A stretch of DNA of 64,000 bases from Auanema rhodensis (lineage: Eukaryota; Animalia; Nematoda): contig OZ059899.1 in NCBI GenBank assembly GCA_964057225.1, forward strand, positions 15,004,001-15,068,000, given 5' to 3'. Made by a program: the position numbers and the translations under genes. Position 1 is the stretch's first letter; each line of letters begins with the position of its first letter. Below are positions 51,764 to 64,000 of the stretch, piece after piece. Below the pieces are notes generated by a model, which saw only the letters and a list, made by a program, of their open reading frames with translations, had not been told where the DNA came from and ran no database searches.

Positions 51764-53321
51764 ATGAGTGAAGAAAATACTATTGCTCCAGAAGAAAAGT
51801 CTTCTAATTCTTGTGATGATCAAGATTTTCAATGGGAGCTCAATATGGAAAATGTCAAACCTATCCGCCGTGGCAGAAGGGCAGAGGCTGTGAATCATGT
51901 AAGTTGACATTATAAGAAAATTTTTGAAATTAATTTTTAAAGGCATTTGCAAATGCTGCACCTCGTGCTGAAGTAACTGTAAAAGACAAATTTGATGAAA
52001 TAATGGAAGAATGTGCTTGCTCTGATGATCCTCTTCATCACTGTATTGAGTTTTGTGCATGGTTTGACGATACATTTCCAATTGCAAGACAACGTTTATA
52101 TTATAAATATTTATGGTTGATTATCAAAAGGTGAATTTTAATTTTCGGTTGGTGTTATTTCCCATATTTTGAAGATATGCTCACGAGGAGCGTTACCTCG
52201 AAGATAAACGTATGATGATCATTTGGGACAAATTAGCTGAAAACAGTCTTGGTCATGGATACGAGATTTATCAACATGCTCATTCAATGGGTTCATTAAC
52301 GCGGTATTTTTATATTTTAAGTATATATCATATTTAATTTGTTTTAGCTGTGCATCATTGTATATAAGATGGGCGGAAGATTTGGAGTTACGTGGGGCTA
52401 TTGAAGATGCTCGTGGAATATTTCGGAAAGCATTGTCTTATGCTGCTATGCCTTTAGAGGTTTGTAAATTTTTATTTCTGTGAAACCATATTTTTCAGGA
52501 AATTCATTCTGCTGAGGATAGTATGGAAATGAGAGAAATGCGTAGAGAAATGGAAAGGAATAATATGTCTGACGACGATGATGACATAGATGATAACGGG
52601 CATCGCGTAGCGCTAACAAGAATAACAAGTTGTTCATGAAAGGTTTCAATGATTGCTTATCTTTTGTTTTCTAGGAGACCTACCTGCCGCACCGATTGTC
52701 AGATTACCGTCAATTGTTGGTGAGCAGGGTAGTAGTAAACTAGACCGTGGCTTATCAGCTAAGAAAGATAATCAACAAAAAAGTAATACTGTGTTTGAGG
52801 TTAATATTATTAATAAGTGCCAATGATAAGCGACTTGTTACAGGTATTCGAGGATGACGCTCCACTCCACGAAGAAAATTATCTTGAGTCATTGTATGAT
52901 ATGCACATGGATAATCATATTGAACGACTAATGCTCACAGATCATGTTGGCGAAAAAATAAACAAAAACACCGTAAGTTACATTTATATTTTCTCTATTT
53001 TAACATTGTAAATTTAGAATTGCATTAAAAAAACTAGACACGCAGTGCCAGCATTCACTGTATGGAGTGATGACAAGGAAAACATTAATCCTTTAGAAGG
53101 CAAAGGGGCTATGCTTGATGCCCCGAAACCAAAACCTCGTCTTGCTTTACATAAATTCCTCATAGCTGAATACTCAATAGAGGTATGTTCTTCGATTCGT
53201 ATGTTTCCCTGTAGGACCCTTATTATTACAGGAGCATATGGCTAATCTATGGCAAGAGCAACAAGAGGAAAAGGCAAGATGTGGAGTACGGAAGCTCACA
53301 TTTGACGATGACAGCGATTAA
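51764..53321 (+). CDS. san-1: Spindle checkpoint protein Mad3/BubR1-type, kinase-less
   Basis: WELNMENVKPIRRGR; TPR region DDPL...YLEDKRMMIIWDKLAENS...ASLYIRWAEDLELRG; ABBA-like FEVFEDD and FTVWSDDKENINP; GLEBS-like EYSIEEHMA; stop TAA at 53319-53321 with no kinase domain. Confidence 0.85.
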
Positions 53322-53658
53322 ATCTTTAATCATAAAATTGTACAAAATTGCATATAAATTTAGTTAAGCTAGTATTCTTTATGTATTAACTAACATTTTT
53401 GTAAAAAAATTTATATCTAAATCCAATTTTTTTGAATGATATTACGTGTATGATTAAATCATATAAATTTGTCTCCTCTGTCTGTGCATATTAGTAATCA
53501 AAAGAAAACAATAGCAATGATTGTTTCGATTAACATAACAAATAGAATTGAAAAGAATGTTTAAGCACGTTTATCTCTGCCATAAAGATCTGAAAATCTG
53601 GCCGTCACAGAAAACCACTTCGTTCTGAGTAATCAAAGTTCTTCATCTGCAGACTAGG

Positions 53659-54468
53659 CTAGTTTTTCATGCGGAGTCTTGTTTGCTGGAATGAATACAT
53701 TCGAAGTTTCTTTTCAAGATAAGTTGTCAATAACAAAAAGAGATGTGTCTGAATACTTCAGGTAACCCTTAATTTTGTCTATAGATATTAAAAGCGAAAA
53801 AGGATAAAAAAGTTAATCTCATTTAAATAAAACCATCTGTTATTAAATATGTATGCATGTTTATATCATATGTAAAAAAGATGTAAAGTCCTTTCCGAAC
53901 CATTTCAAGTCTAAAGTGAGGAGCATATGGAACAGGTTACATCTGGTTCTCCACAAATATATTACAAACTAACAATTTAATTTGTTATTTTAGCCAATAT
54001 CACACTTTATGTGTTAAATGTTTTCCGAATATACTATTGTCATCTGTCACCACAGTCAGGTATAATCTGGAAGATTTTAACAATACTATTCAGTACTTTG
54101 AATATTTCTACTCCTATTGTCCTTTTAAACTGTAACAAATGGAAATTTTCGTTTTCATGATAGTCAGCAATGTTAAAACGTATTTGGTGGAATCTATAGG
54201 AATGGCCTGTCTGTAATAAAAGATCTCACTACAATAGCTCATCTCTTGTAATCTAAATACTACGCCATTTTCTAATACAGCAAGTCCCTGAAAAATGTGA
54301 CGACGATAATTATTTTATTGTTTGTGTGAATCGTTCTCTTATAAACAGTACTTGAAAACTACGATACTTATTGGGCCACTTACTTGGAACTTATCAACGT
54401 TTGAATTTTCAATCTCCTATATGTTTTCATCAGTGCGGTCCAACGATACCGTCGCCATAAAGGACCAC
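53659..54468 (-). CDS. Putative small multi-exon protein, possibly profilin-like fold; model uncertain
   Basis: Short open segments bounded by GT/AG: EIENSNVDKFQ|GLAVLENG|TGHSYRFHQIRFNIADYHENENFHLLQFKRTIG|LYLTVVTDDNSIFGKHLTHK|FVIFVENQ|LEMVRKGLYIFFTYDINMHTYLITD|DKIKGYLKY...; start and stop not firmly fixed. Confidence 0.4.
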
Positions 54469-55408
54469 TGTAAAACAATGAGAACGTAAAAAAAAAAAAC
54501 AATAAAAATGATTTGTAGTTAGAAAACCATGCTCTAATCAATTTTTTGAGCTGATCCCTCCTACCTTTATTTTTTATTCCCGCTTTTCATACCATATTTT
54601 ATTACGTAAACGACGTTTATCACTAAATTTGGTAACTATTATTTATTTAAAATTTTCGTAATTTGTATTTCGTACGTATTTTATGATTATTTGGGTTTCA
54701 TTTCCGGATGATATTAATTTATTGACATATTAATATTTGTTTACTGTTTGCCTGAAATTTGAATGACGACAGTATTTTAAAATCTAGGAATCGATTAAAT
54801 TGTTTCAAAACACATAGATAGACCCTTGAACCATTTGTAATTGTTTCCGAATTCAATATTTATATCAATTAGAAGATTTTCTCATAAAATATGACTATGA
54901 GTTCATTTTGCCACTTGTGATGCCAGATAACTTCCTAATGCATTTTCATTTTTTATTTTTGAAACGAGATTACCGGCTGCCTATGACAGCCGTACGTATG
55001 AGAATGATAGCACTCTTCAGATTATTTCGCACGCTACGCAAAAATAATTTATATTCATAATCGGTAAAAGTGGCAAATTGTACTTCCAATCAAAATATTT
55101 ATTTCTTAAATTTGTTTAAAACTTCTGTTTATTTTTAGTGGTGCTTCAGCGAGTGCAGTTTTCTTCGTTATGAAGCATTCGCCGCAATGGACACAAACCG
55201 ATAAACTTGGGGATGGTAATATTATTGGATGCCTTTGGGAAATTTGTACTGGATGAAATTTCAGGCAATTCTCGAGAGCGCCGTCCATCAGGTGCATCGT
55301 CAAATCAATCCTTAACTTGTCGGCAGCGAGGTGGGCCTAAGGAATATGGAACTAGAAGTACTGCATAGTATAATATATTTATTAGAAACAACTTTGCAGT
55401 TTTTGAAA

Positions 55409-58400
55409 ATGGACGGCATTCACGAGCCTCATCACGAATATCGGAAGGTGAGGTTCACAGAATGCAGCATTTACCGTTCGAACTTCATCAGTCTTCTGAA
55501 CACATGTCTCAAGCCCAGTCAGTTCCTGTTGACGTAGAGTTTTTGCAGAGGTGTGTTTGGTGGTGCTTCCGGCGCCTTTTTTCTTTTCTTAATGTAAATT
55601 GTTCCAGGACGCAGTGGCCAGGCAATAATGTTCGGCAAACAAGTCATCGTTCACATTCAGCCACAAATCGAACAATCCATGTAAATGGAATAAATCGAGA
55701 TATTGATAGAGAACGTGACACATGTAAACATTTTTGTGTTTTCGTTCTAAAAGTTGAAGTCATTCTAGGTAGAAGAACTCCTAATACGGATGGTAATATT
55801 AAATTAGAAAATAAAAAGCAAGGTGGACCGGTGACGTATATCGCTGCAGGCACAGCTCCAGTTGCTAGGTAAATTTTTCCGATTTCTTTAGATGTCCATT
55901 AATTCATTTAGTTTTCGTAGCACAGTGTCACCGGTACCTACTTCTGTGGTCAGTTCCCCTTCTTCAGGCGGATATGCTAACTCAATGCATAGTATTAAGC
56001 GACCTATTTCTTTTTCACCTTCTTTATCTGTAGAAGATGTCAAGTGCGAACCTGTCACTTATCGGAAGCATAAGTAGTTAGAATAGTTCATTCTTTCCAC
56101 GCCATAATTATATGCATTTAGTTCTGGAATTGATATAGGCAAAGGACAGCATTCCATGTTCAATCATGATCCCAGGAATAACAGATATGGAGGACAAAAG
56201 GAGAAAAGAAGTCAGCTGTTTTATCAGGGTTTAGTTTTCATTTTTTTCTCTTCTAGCTATGGGAGCGTATCATACCAGCAGCGCGCGCCTTCCTTTTTCG
56301 CCTCCTGATTGTTTTGTATCTCCACGTGAAACTGAGAGGTATCCGAACTTCTCAATTGCGTTTGTTCAATTTCTTTTAAGAAATGCGTATAACAAAGTCA
56401 ACTTTTTCGAATCATCTCGTCATAATTTCTTAAAACGTAATTCGCGGTTATCTACTCGTATGTCCTATATATTCGAAGAGTTTTACTTTTAAAAATTTCA
56501 GGTGGACCTGGCAGTCTTTCGAGAGTTCTTGCCGAACTCGATATTCAACAAGCTTTGGAGAGAATGTCTACAATGAAGGATGAAAATTCCAAGGATGTTA
56601 ATTGGATTGAACGCCAGGGTGATGGAGCTCGTGCCGCATATCCGATTGCCGGAGGAGTAAAATCCAATCACAGGTTGCTACATTTTCTATTTTATGAAGG
56701 GACTGTCGGAGTGTTTTGGCAAGGGATTGGAGGCGATATTTATCCTTTCCCTCAGTCAGGTTTGGGGCTTCTGCAACTGGTATGGTTCTTCAGTTGTTAT
56801 CGATTGTGTGAAGATGTCTCCTCCCTTCGCTGTTTGGATCATTGTCATCTTCTTTGACTGTTCCGTATTTCTTTTTGTTCAACCAACGTGACGTCAGCCA
56901 CTTGCCGGTTCGCCATGGCCGAGTAGATCGGAATGCAATGCGCATTGACGACCGGTCCTTGGCGCAATGCTATCTCTATGCTTCAACCCGTTTACTGCCC
57001 TCTCGAGCTTCTAGCTTATGTCGATTTCTCAAAGAATATTCTTAACGCTGGGTCCTATCTTGTGGCTTTTTTCTTTTGTTGTCAGCTGTTTGCAGGCCTG
57101 GTGAGACAATTAGAGGGTGGATCGCCTGTGAACATGTATACGAATTGTGTTATGATCTTAATTGCTGTATTCTAGCATTGAAAAGCAAACAATTCTATAT
57201 GAATCTTAAACTGATCGTTGACTTCAACGCTGTCCTCTTCGCTTCGTCGTTATCATTGTCGTCTTCGGAGACGGCAGAACTGGCCGTAAACATTAAGAAT
57301 GTCTATTTGCTCGTAAATTTTCCTCTGCTTCTACGTAATCTCAGGAATTGAATCAACTATAAGTTTGACTCCTCTGTTGTTTTTTTGAACTACACTTTAC
57401 TATGCTTTAAAATTGTGTTCTTAGAACACCTCATGAAAGATAGCTAACTGCGATCAGCTGCGTGGCCTACTATTGCGCATATTTCATATCACGTGGTTAG
57501 CTTCTGCCATTTTTCCAGATGTTGTTTATTAGATTTGCTTTATAGTTTTCTTTTAAGTTTCATGAACTGAATGTCTTACGCATTCTATTTTAATTCGTGA
57601 CTGAGACTATCATTTGTTCTTAACTGTAGTGATCTTTAAACTTTTGATAGTTTTCTACAACGCTCATCAGATAGATAGATAGTTACTTAAGACTTCTGAA
57701 ACAAATACGACGATTCTTTATGACGTGGGATGCTGGCACTATACGTATTTTTCTCCACCCCTTCATCAGAATATTACTTTTTAACCTCCCAGTCTTATCA
57801 TTGAAAGCACAATTTATTTTTTCACTTTGACACACCATGTGTTTTCTTCTTGAACGTTATTTTTCCTTTTTCCTATTTCTTGGCTACCAATTTCAATCAT
57901 GCAGGTTTAATTGGTAACTTGATTACAATTTCTGTTAGATTATCTTATTTGGAATAATGTTTCGCATTTTCCTGTGGTCAATGATTATATCTGGTTGCTG
58001 TGAGAATAACCAGGAGACTGATTACGACAACGAAGAGGATGTAACCGCCGGAGCGCCGCTGTTCTTTCTTGTTCTGCTTAAATCTTTTCAACTGCTACAG
58101 CGTATCACGCAGATTGTTCATGCAACAAGCCACCATTTGATTTACCTCATGCCTCTATATTTTCACCCCTTATCATCCAGTCTCACTACTGTGTTTTCCT
58201 CGTCGTTTCTTTTTTTTATTCTGTATCCAATGGCTGTGGTGATTGACGAATATTTATAATTATATTTTTTTACACCCGATAAGCATATTGGTATATTATT
58301 TTCATTTTCTAATCAATGTGAACAACATATAGCTGCTTATCGTCCGATTAGACTGATGGAATTGTTTGCAAATATTAACCTTTATAACAAATTTTCATAT

Positions 58401-60442
58401 TAGTGAGAACTTCTTTCTATGCTAATATTGACAACAATTTAATTGTGGTTGTCCTAATTCAATAACTTAGTTTTCTTCATCACTCCATAAAGAATAGGCT
58501 ATACGTTATCATTCTTGTTATCTCAAAGCTGTTGCTATCTATTGGTTTCCATATTTCATCGCTATACTGGCCGGTTTCTATTTCAACCCCGTTCCTTATT
58601 ATATTTTATATCAACTTTCTATTTATTTACCGAATAGACTTTCATTATCTCTTCTGATCTTCAGGAATTCTTGGGCACGGTCCAACCATTTGAGTTTTGA
58701 CTTGCTTTCGCTGAATATTTGTGGAAGGCTCTCCTATGCCTTCATCTGCAGGTTCTTCAGACTCTGGATGTCCGGGCCTCCTGTCTAATTTCGACTCGAC
58801 CTTATGTGAACATTGCTCAGAGCCAACATCTCCAAGTAGTATTGGAACTGACGATGACGAACCGCTTTTTGAGAATTATTACCACGAACACTCGAAGAAT
58901 AGCCGTATAAACAAGAATCGTCGGCATCGGAAAAAAAATGCAATATATAGAGATTCTTCCTCGGTATCCTCTTCGACAAGCGAAGCGAACTCTGTTTTAA
59001 GTGATGAAGATCGTAAAGTTACCCTATCGCTCGATGACGTTGTTCACCAGATATATGTTTATTTCCAATCCTTATTGATTATTGTACGACGTCAGCAGGA
59101 ATTCTTCCAGCATATAGATGGCTTGGTAGCCGACGGAGATGCGCGTTGGGGTGCCTGCGATCATAGGAATGGATGGCGAACTGATCCATCCGGTTGTTTT
59201 GCCCCTATGGGCTACGGCGATCCGTCAAGGCCGGTATCGTTTCCAGGCTTGTGGGCCGTTCCTCATCCAGCCGTTCATTTGTCTATTCTTGCTACCTTTA
59301 TTCATGACTACTTGAATTTCTTAACGCGGTGAGCTTTTTCTCTTCAGAGCAAACCCATCGCTTGAAAGAAAGTTTTGACTGCGTCTCGTTTTTTGTTCCC
59401 TTTAGCAAAACCTCCTTCAGATCTAACGAACTATTGAGTTTTTAAATATCAGTTTTCTTTCAGTCTTCATCCCAGTCTGGCACCTCGTACGAATATTCCA
59501 CAGAACCATCTAGCTAATGGTCATGAAGATTCAAGCATTCTGGCTGGATCCAGAATGCAAAGAAGTAACCATTTATAATTATTTTAGTTTTTATTTGTTT
59601 TTTAACCAGATGCTACAGGGGAGATGATTCTTCCTGAAGAAATGATGCCAATGTTAATGAGAATAGTTCAAACTCAAGCTTTACCCCAAATACCAGCTGA
59701 AGATGGCCAAAATAGAGATGAAAATTCTTTAATCAATTCTGCAAAGTAAGCATTATTAACTTTTGCATGTGTTCAATGCTTATTAATAGTACATGGGCCG
59801 GGATGCCTCCTGCTATGATGCAACAGTTAGCTACAGTTTTGAACCAGCAAGTTCAAAGCCAAACTGGAGCACATTCCAATCCTTCTGCTTCAACGCCTTC
59901 GACTCCTGTAAGACAGGTAAATACACATAACTCTCCGATTGTGATGGTTCATTTTTCAGAATTATTCGTCGGTTGTAGCTCGGAACTCTCAGTCAAGTGA
60001 TAGCACTGCCATTTCTGAGAGTGGAAAAAATGCTCCTGTCGCTTATGCTGCAAAGGCTGCATTGCAACCAAAATGCAATGTTAAGCGAGAGGAAAAAGGT
60101 GAGCGTTTAAATTTTGTCGCGAAAAGGCAAGGTGACGACAACGTTATTCGTTATCATATACTTTGTAACAATCCTATCTTTTGAATTGTAATCAAGCTTA
60201 GTTTTCCTAAATTGGTCAAATTGAACCAAGTTAATCGATACTTGGTGGTGTTTTATAGCTTTTCTTTCTTCTTTTTACGTAGATGTAATAGAAAGGAAAA
60301 GCTGAAACAGAATGGAATTCAAGTATTTTTTATAACGTTGTTACAGCCGCCATTGCACCAATCTTGCTGCCTCTCGTTTCTGATAGGGAATCAAAAAGAT
60401 CTTCTGATGAGAAGAGCTTAAAAGTGGTGACTGGTGACACCG
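55409..60442 (+). CDS. 5' part of a large low-complexity (S/P/Q-rich) protein, probably regulatory; continues beyond the window
   Basis: TTTGCAG before ATG 55409. Exon chain MDGIHEPHHEYRK|SSEHMSQAQ...VEDVKCEP...|GGPGSLSRVLAELDIQQALERMS...KSNH|SLHPSLAPRTNIP (59464)...|STWAGMPPAMMQQLATVLNQQ|...VKREEK|AAIAPILLP...VTGDT|. SUMO-like psiKxE motifs; no domain recognised. Confidence 0.7.
58736..59328 (+). CDS. Alternative first coding exon of the 55409+ gene (MPSSAGSSDSGCPGLL...YLNFLTR)
   Basis: 593-nt ORF ending at a phase-2 CG|GTGAGC donor that matches the 59464 exon; upstream TCTTCAG acceptor at ~58664. Confidence 0.6.
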
Positions 60443-62136
60443 GTGAGTTCTTTTTTTTGTTACTTGCTGAAAGTGTATGAGAGCTGTCTTGAAAAAGTTA
60501 TTCCGCCTGAGAACATCACGCAGCTGACCAGTTGAAGGTCGCCCCTGGATGATCAGGTTTTATTGGTTAAGAACACCTACTGTCCAGGACTAACATGGAT
60601 TAATTTTAGTTTTTTTCCAATCATCTTTTCGTAATATGCACTATGCTCTAGATGAGTGGATTGTCTATCCGTTTGCTATCGCGGGGCTTTAAGAGCATGG
60701 TCCTAATGTTTTTTCTTTCACCGTGTTCTCTCCATGGGATTGTCAAAATTTTCTTTTCTGTCCGCGAGTATTGATTTTCTTCATTGTAACTTCCTGCCAT
60801 TATCTTGAACAGAATTCACCATCTGCTTACAGTTCACATATAAATAGTAGATAGTTATCAGTCCTACTTAACTATTTCTTGTCTTCAGCTGTAACATGAC
60901 CATCTTTCCATATAGTATGAGGTAGTAGAGAGACCTATAGATATAAAATGGTGAAGAGAGTGAGAGAAATAGAAAGGAATCAACAGAAACTGCGCTTCTT
61001 TGATCCAGATATATATGTATATGTACATACACACATATATATATATATATATATATGTGGATGAATGAATGACGAAACAGAGTGATGATTTCCATCGGCG
61101 ATCGTCATCATTATTATCCCTGACATTGCCGCTCTCAGGATCGAAAGAAACTTTAGAGAAAGCTAAAGAGACAGGAGGCTGAGAGAAATTGTAGACAAGC
61201 GCTTTACGTGCTCATTGCTTAGGGTCTGCTGTTTTTTTTCGACCCCATTGTTGCCAAATCATTTTCTATATGGAAACACATGAAGTTATTGCTATGTCAA
61301 TCTCATTTCGCTAACAGCATGTATGCATTCTTAGATAAGTAGTGGAAAGGGCGCATACCCTGTCAGATCAATAGTCGATATGTGTTGCGCGCCACAAACT
61401 GCGACGTATTGCTAGTGTATCGTTGATGAATCGCTTACCGTGAGCTGGTTTATCTAAGACTTTTTTCTACATTAAAAATGTTTTATTTAAGCCCGATTTA
61501 AGGAGCTCGTTGTTGCGCATATGTTCACAGCTGTTTCGAACTTTTCTAGCACTTTTTTTTGCCTCTAAAAAATTGGATTAGCTTGCTAATTACTTTTTTC
61601 GTTGTGATGCGAGTTGATTATTAGAAATTGTAATTGTTCTTTCACTTCTAATCGTTGTCTACTATAATCGTCATGACCTTCTCTATATTTTGCGTATTTT
61701 GAACGTAAAGATTTTGATGTCCGCAATCTTTATCTTCCCATCGCTGATGGTTTTGAACTGTTTCGTATTTAATCAAATGCTCTCTACGCTGGCTGTCATA
61801 GATCTTATACATCATTCGCTTATCAATTTTCTTATCCTCCTAGATGATTTCCTTTGTTTCTATTATTATTGCTTTTCTATCTGTCTTAATTAATCGCCAT
61901 TCAATCCTTATTTATTTCATTCAGGATTTCTTTTTCCTACCAGAACAACAGAGTTGTATTAGCCTAAGATTACGAAATTTCGTAGTACACTGCCATCCTC
62001 TCATCATATACGTTATTTTCTCTCGCACACGGACATTTCGCAGTCTGTTCTGACATTGCAGTATCTCAGCGAAGGACGCTTATGTCTAATAGAGATAAGA
62101 TACGAATAGTTAATAGTTATAATATTCGTGGCAGCT

Positions 62137-62617
62137 ATGTTAGCTGAGGATATAGGAAGTAATAGGAGAGATCTTCAGTTCGTACTCCCGGCTGTTTTAA
62201 ACCTTCCCTCCCGGTTATTTGCAAAACCGCATTTGCGCCATCCATTTCTTCGTAGTTTTCGATCTAACACCTTTGATCATGCCATTTCCGAACGAATTCG
62301 ATTGTCTTTGTCAAGTGGTGAAGATCTCAGTGGTGTATCAACGGAAGAATTAACGGAAATTATATGGCATTCGGAAGACATTGATGGCGTAGTAGATGAG
62401 GAAGAGGAATGGGAAGAAATTCCTGATTCGTCAGATAGCAGTGATGTGAGCCGAGAATGTCTTCCACATCGTTGTGAAGTTGTACCTATGTCTGATGAAG
62501 AGCTGGAATACTTGGAGCAAGCGCATTCGCGCAGCCGTCTGTTGTCTATATATAGGGAACCCAGTCTACGTTTCATCACCATTTCACCATTGACTTTTGT
62601 GACACCTCATATTTCAG
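62137..62617 (+). CDS. Second alternative first coding exon (MLAEDIGSNRRDLQFVLP...acidic...FVTPHIS)
   Basis: 481-nt ORF ending at a phase-1 CAG|GTAAAT donor, same phase as the 60442 donor. Confidence 0.55.
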
Positions 62618-64000
62618 GTAAATTTGTATAAGTTTTGGTAAAGTTCCAGGTATACATGTTCATTGCTTACTTTGCGGTAACATTGGACAAAACGCGGGGG
62701 AGATATCGAGGGGGATGTGTGCAATGCCAGTTGTATCAGCTGCTTTGTATGAGCCAGGAAGAATGGCTACCGCCGGACTAGATGTTGCTTTGTTCTAGAG
62801 AGAGATTGAGTGTGGTAGAGAGATGTTTGAGAGGAATGTGCTTTCTGACATTTGAAGCAGCACTGTTTTAAAGTCTGTCCAGCTTATTATATATATATTA
62901 TAGGAGAAAGTGGATATCAAAGCGAAAGCTCGCCTCCTGTAGCGGCTGTTTCTAGTAAGCCCAGATTCGGTTAGTTTCATTTTGCTTTCCATTTTTCTTC
63001 TCACTGTTTTATTTCCATATCTTTTCTCTCTCCTTCTCGCTTTCTTGATATATATGCTGCCTTCTTGAACCGCCTTCCGCCCGCCTTGCTAATTTTCTGT
63101 CCATGATCAGTTTCTATTATGTCAATTTTCTTCATACAACTAACATTTGAAAGTTAGCAGTTCCTATTTCGGCAAAGAGAAATTGAAATTTCTATTCCTT
63201 GCGCCATATTTACTAACTTTTACTATGTTTTTATGATTTTCGATTCTTCTTATATCCAAAACTTACCCCTTTTTTACGGAAAATATAATCTGCTCAAAGT
63301 TCTTAGCGACAAAATTAGCTGTTGTAATATGTTGCTGTCGGCGAAGTCTGATTCATGATCATTGAAATGACCAGGTACATTATTAAAATTCCCTTTAATT
63401 TAGTGATGTATTCATATTTCTTCTTCCTCTGATCTTCTATTTAGACGCTTTTATTCAACAATAGCTGAACCGTCTTTTCCTTTCACATTTTTCATAAGTT
63501 GTTATCTTCAATATTTGGATAGAACTTACTGTTGTTCTTTATGATCTGATAACAATAGTCAGGACATAAGTCATAACTTTAGATCTCACGCTATTAGGCT
63601 TGTGTTTTATATTTTTTGGATCAATGAGTATTGGCAGATCTTGTGCAGTGTTTGTTGTGTTATATCTATCCGTTTTTTGCGATGGCTTTAGCTTCTCGAA
63701 CACACCTATTTGCAATCGATGCGCACAGCTGTTGAAGTTATTTTCATTTTATTGGTTTTCAGTTATTTATCCAACTTCATATCCCTAATATCCTTAATTT
63801 TTGTTTGTTGCTTCTCTTTTCATGATGATTCTTCATGTTGCATTTGCTAATCGTATTTCATTGTACTAGTTGGCGGAACTGAGGAGTTGTTTCGATTTTT
63901 CACACCGATTCCGATTTTGTATACTTCTTCTGATTACGAGCTCTGGAATTTTATTATTGAGTGCATGTTTTGAGAATCGTGCATATGATTGATTCAGACA

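Overview
AT-rich eukaryotic genomic DNA from a rhabditid-type nematode, judged from ~45-50 nt GT-AG introns, TTTCAG-like acceptors next to start codons and clear C. elegans orthologues. No CRISPR arrays or prokaryotic systems. In order: 3' half of a HAD phosphatase (+); two tandem lineage-specific genes (-) carrying three copies of a ~180-aa domain resembling the PHYHIP C-terminal domain, with an ADP-ribosyltransferase-like H-x-T...F-S signature; the ~21 kb tropomyosin (lev-11) locus (-); GTF3C2-like WD40 gene (-); exc-4 CLIC (-); a secreted Pro/Cys-rich gene (-); tRNA-Arg(TCG); tin-44 (-) and san-1/Mad3 (+) head-to-head; a weak small gene (-); and the 5' part of a large low-complexity gene (+) with alternative first exons. 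Best new observations: (1) a third, highly divergent mutually exclusive tropomyosin exon 7 with exact length, phase and heptad register; (2) a candidate extra ultra-short tropomyosin first exon; (3) the tandem PHYHIP/ART-like gene pair. All gene models were read by hand from the sequence; no database searches were run.
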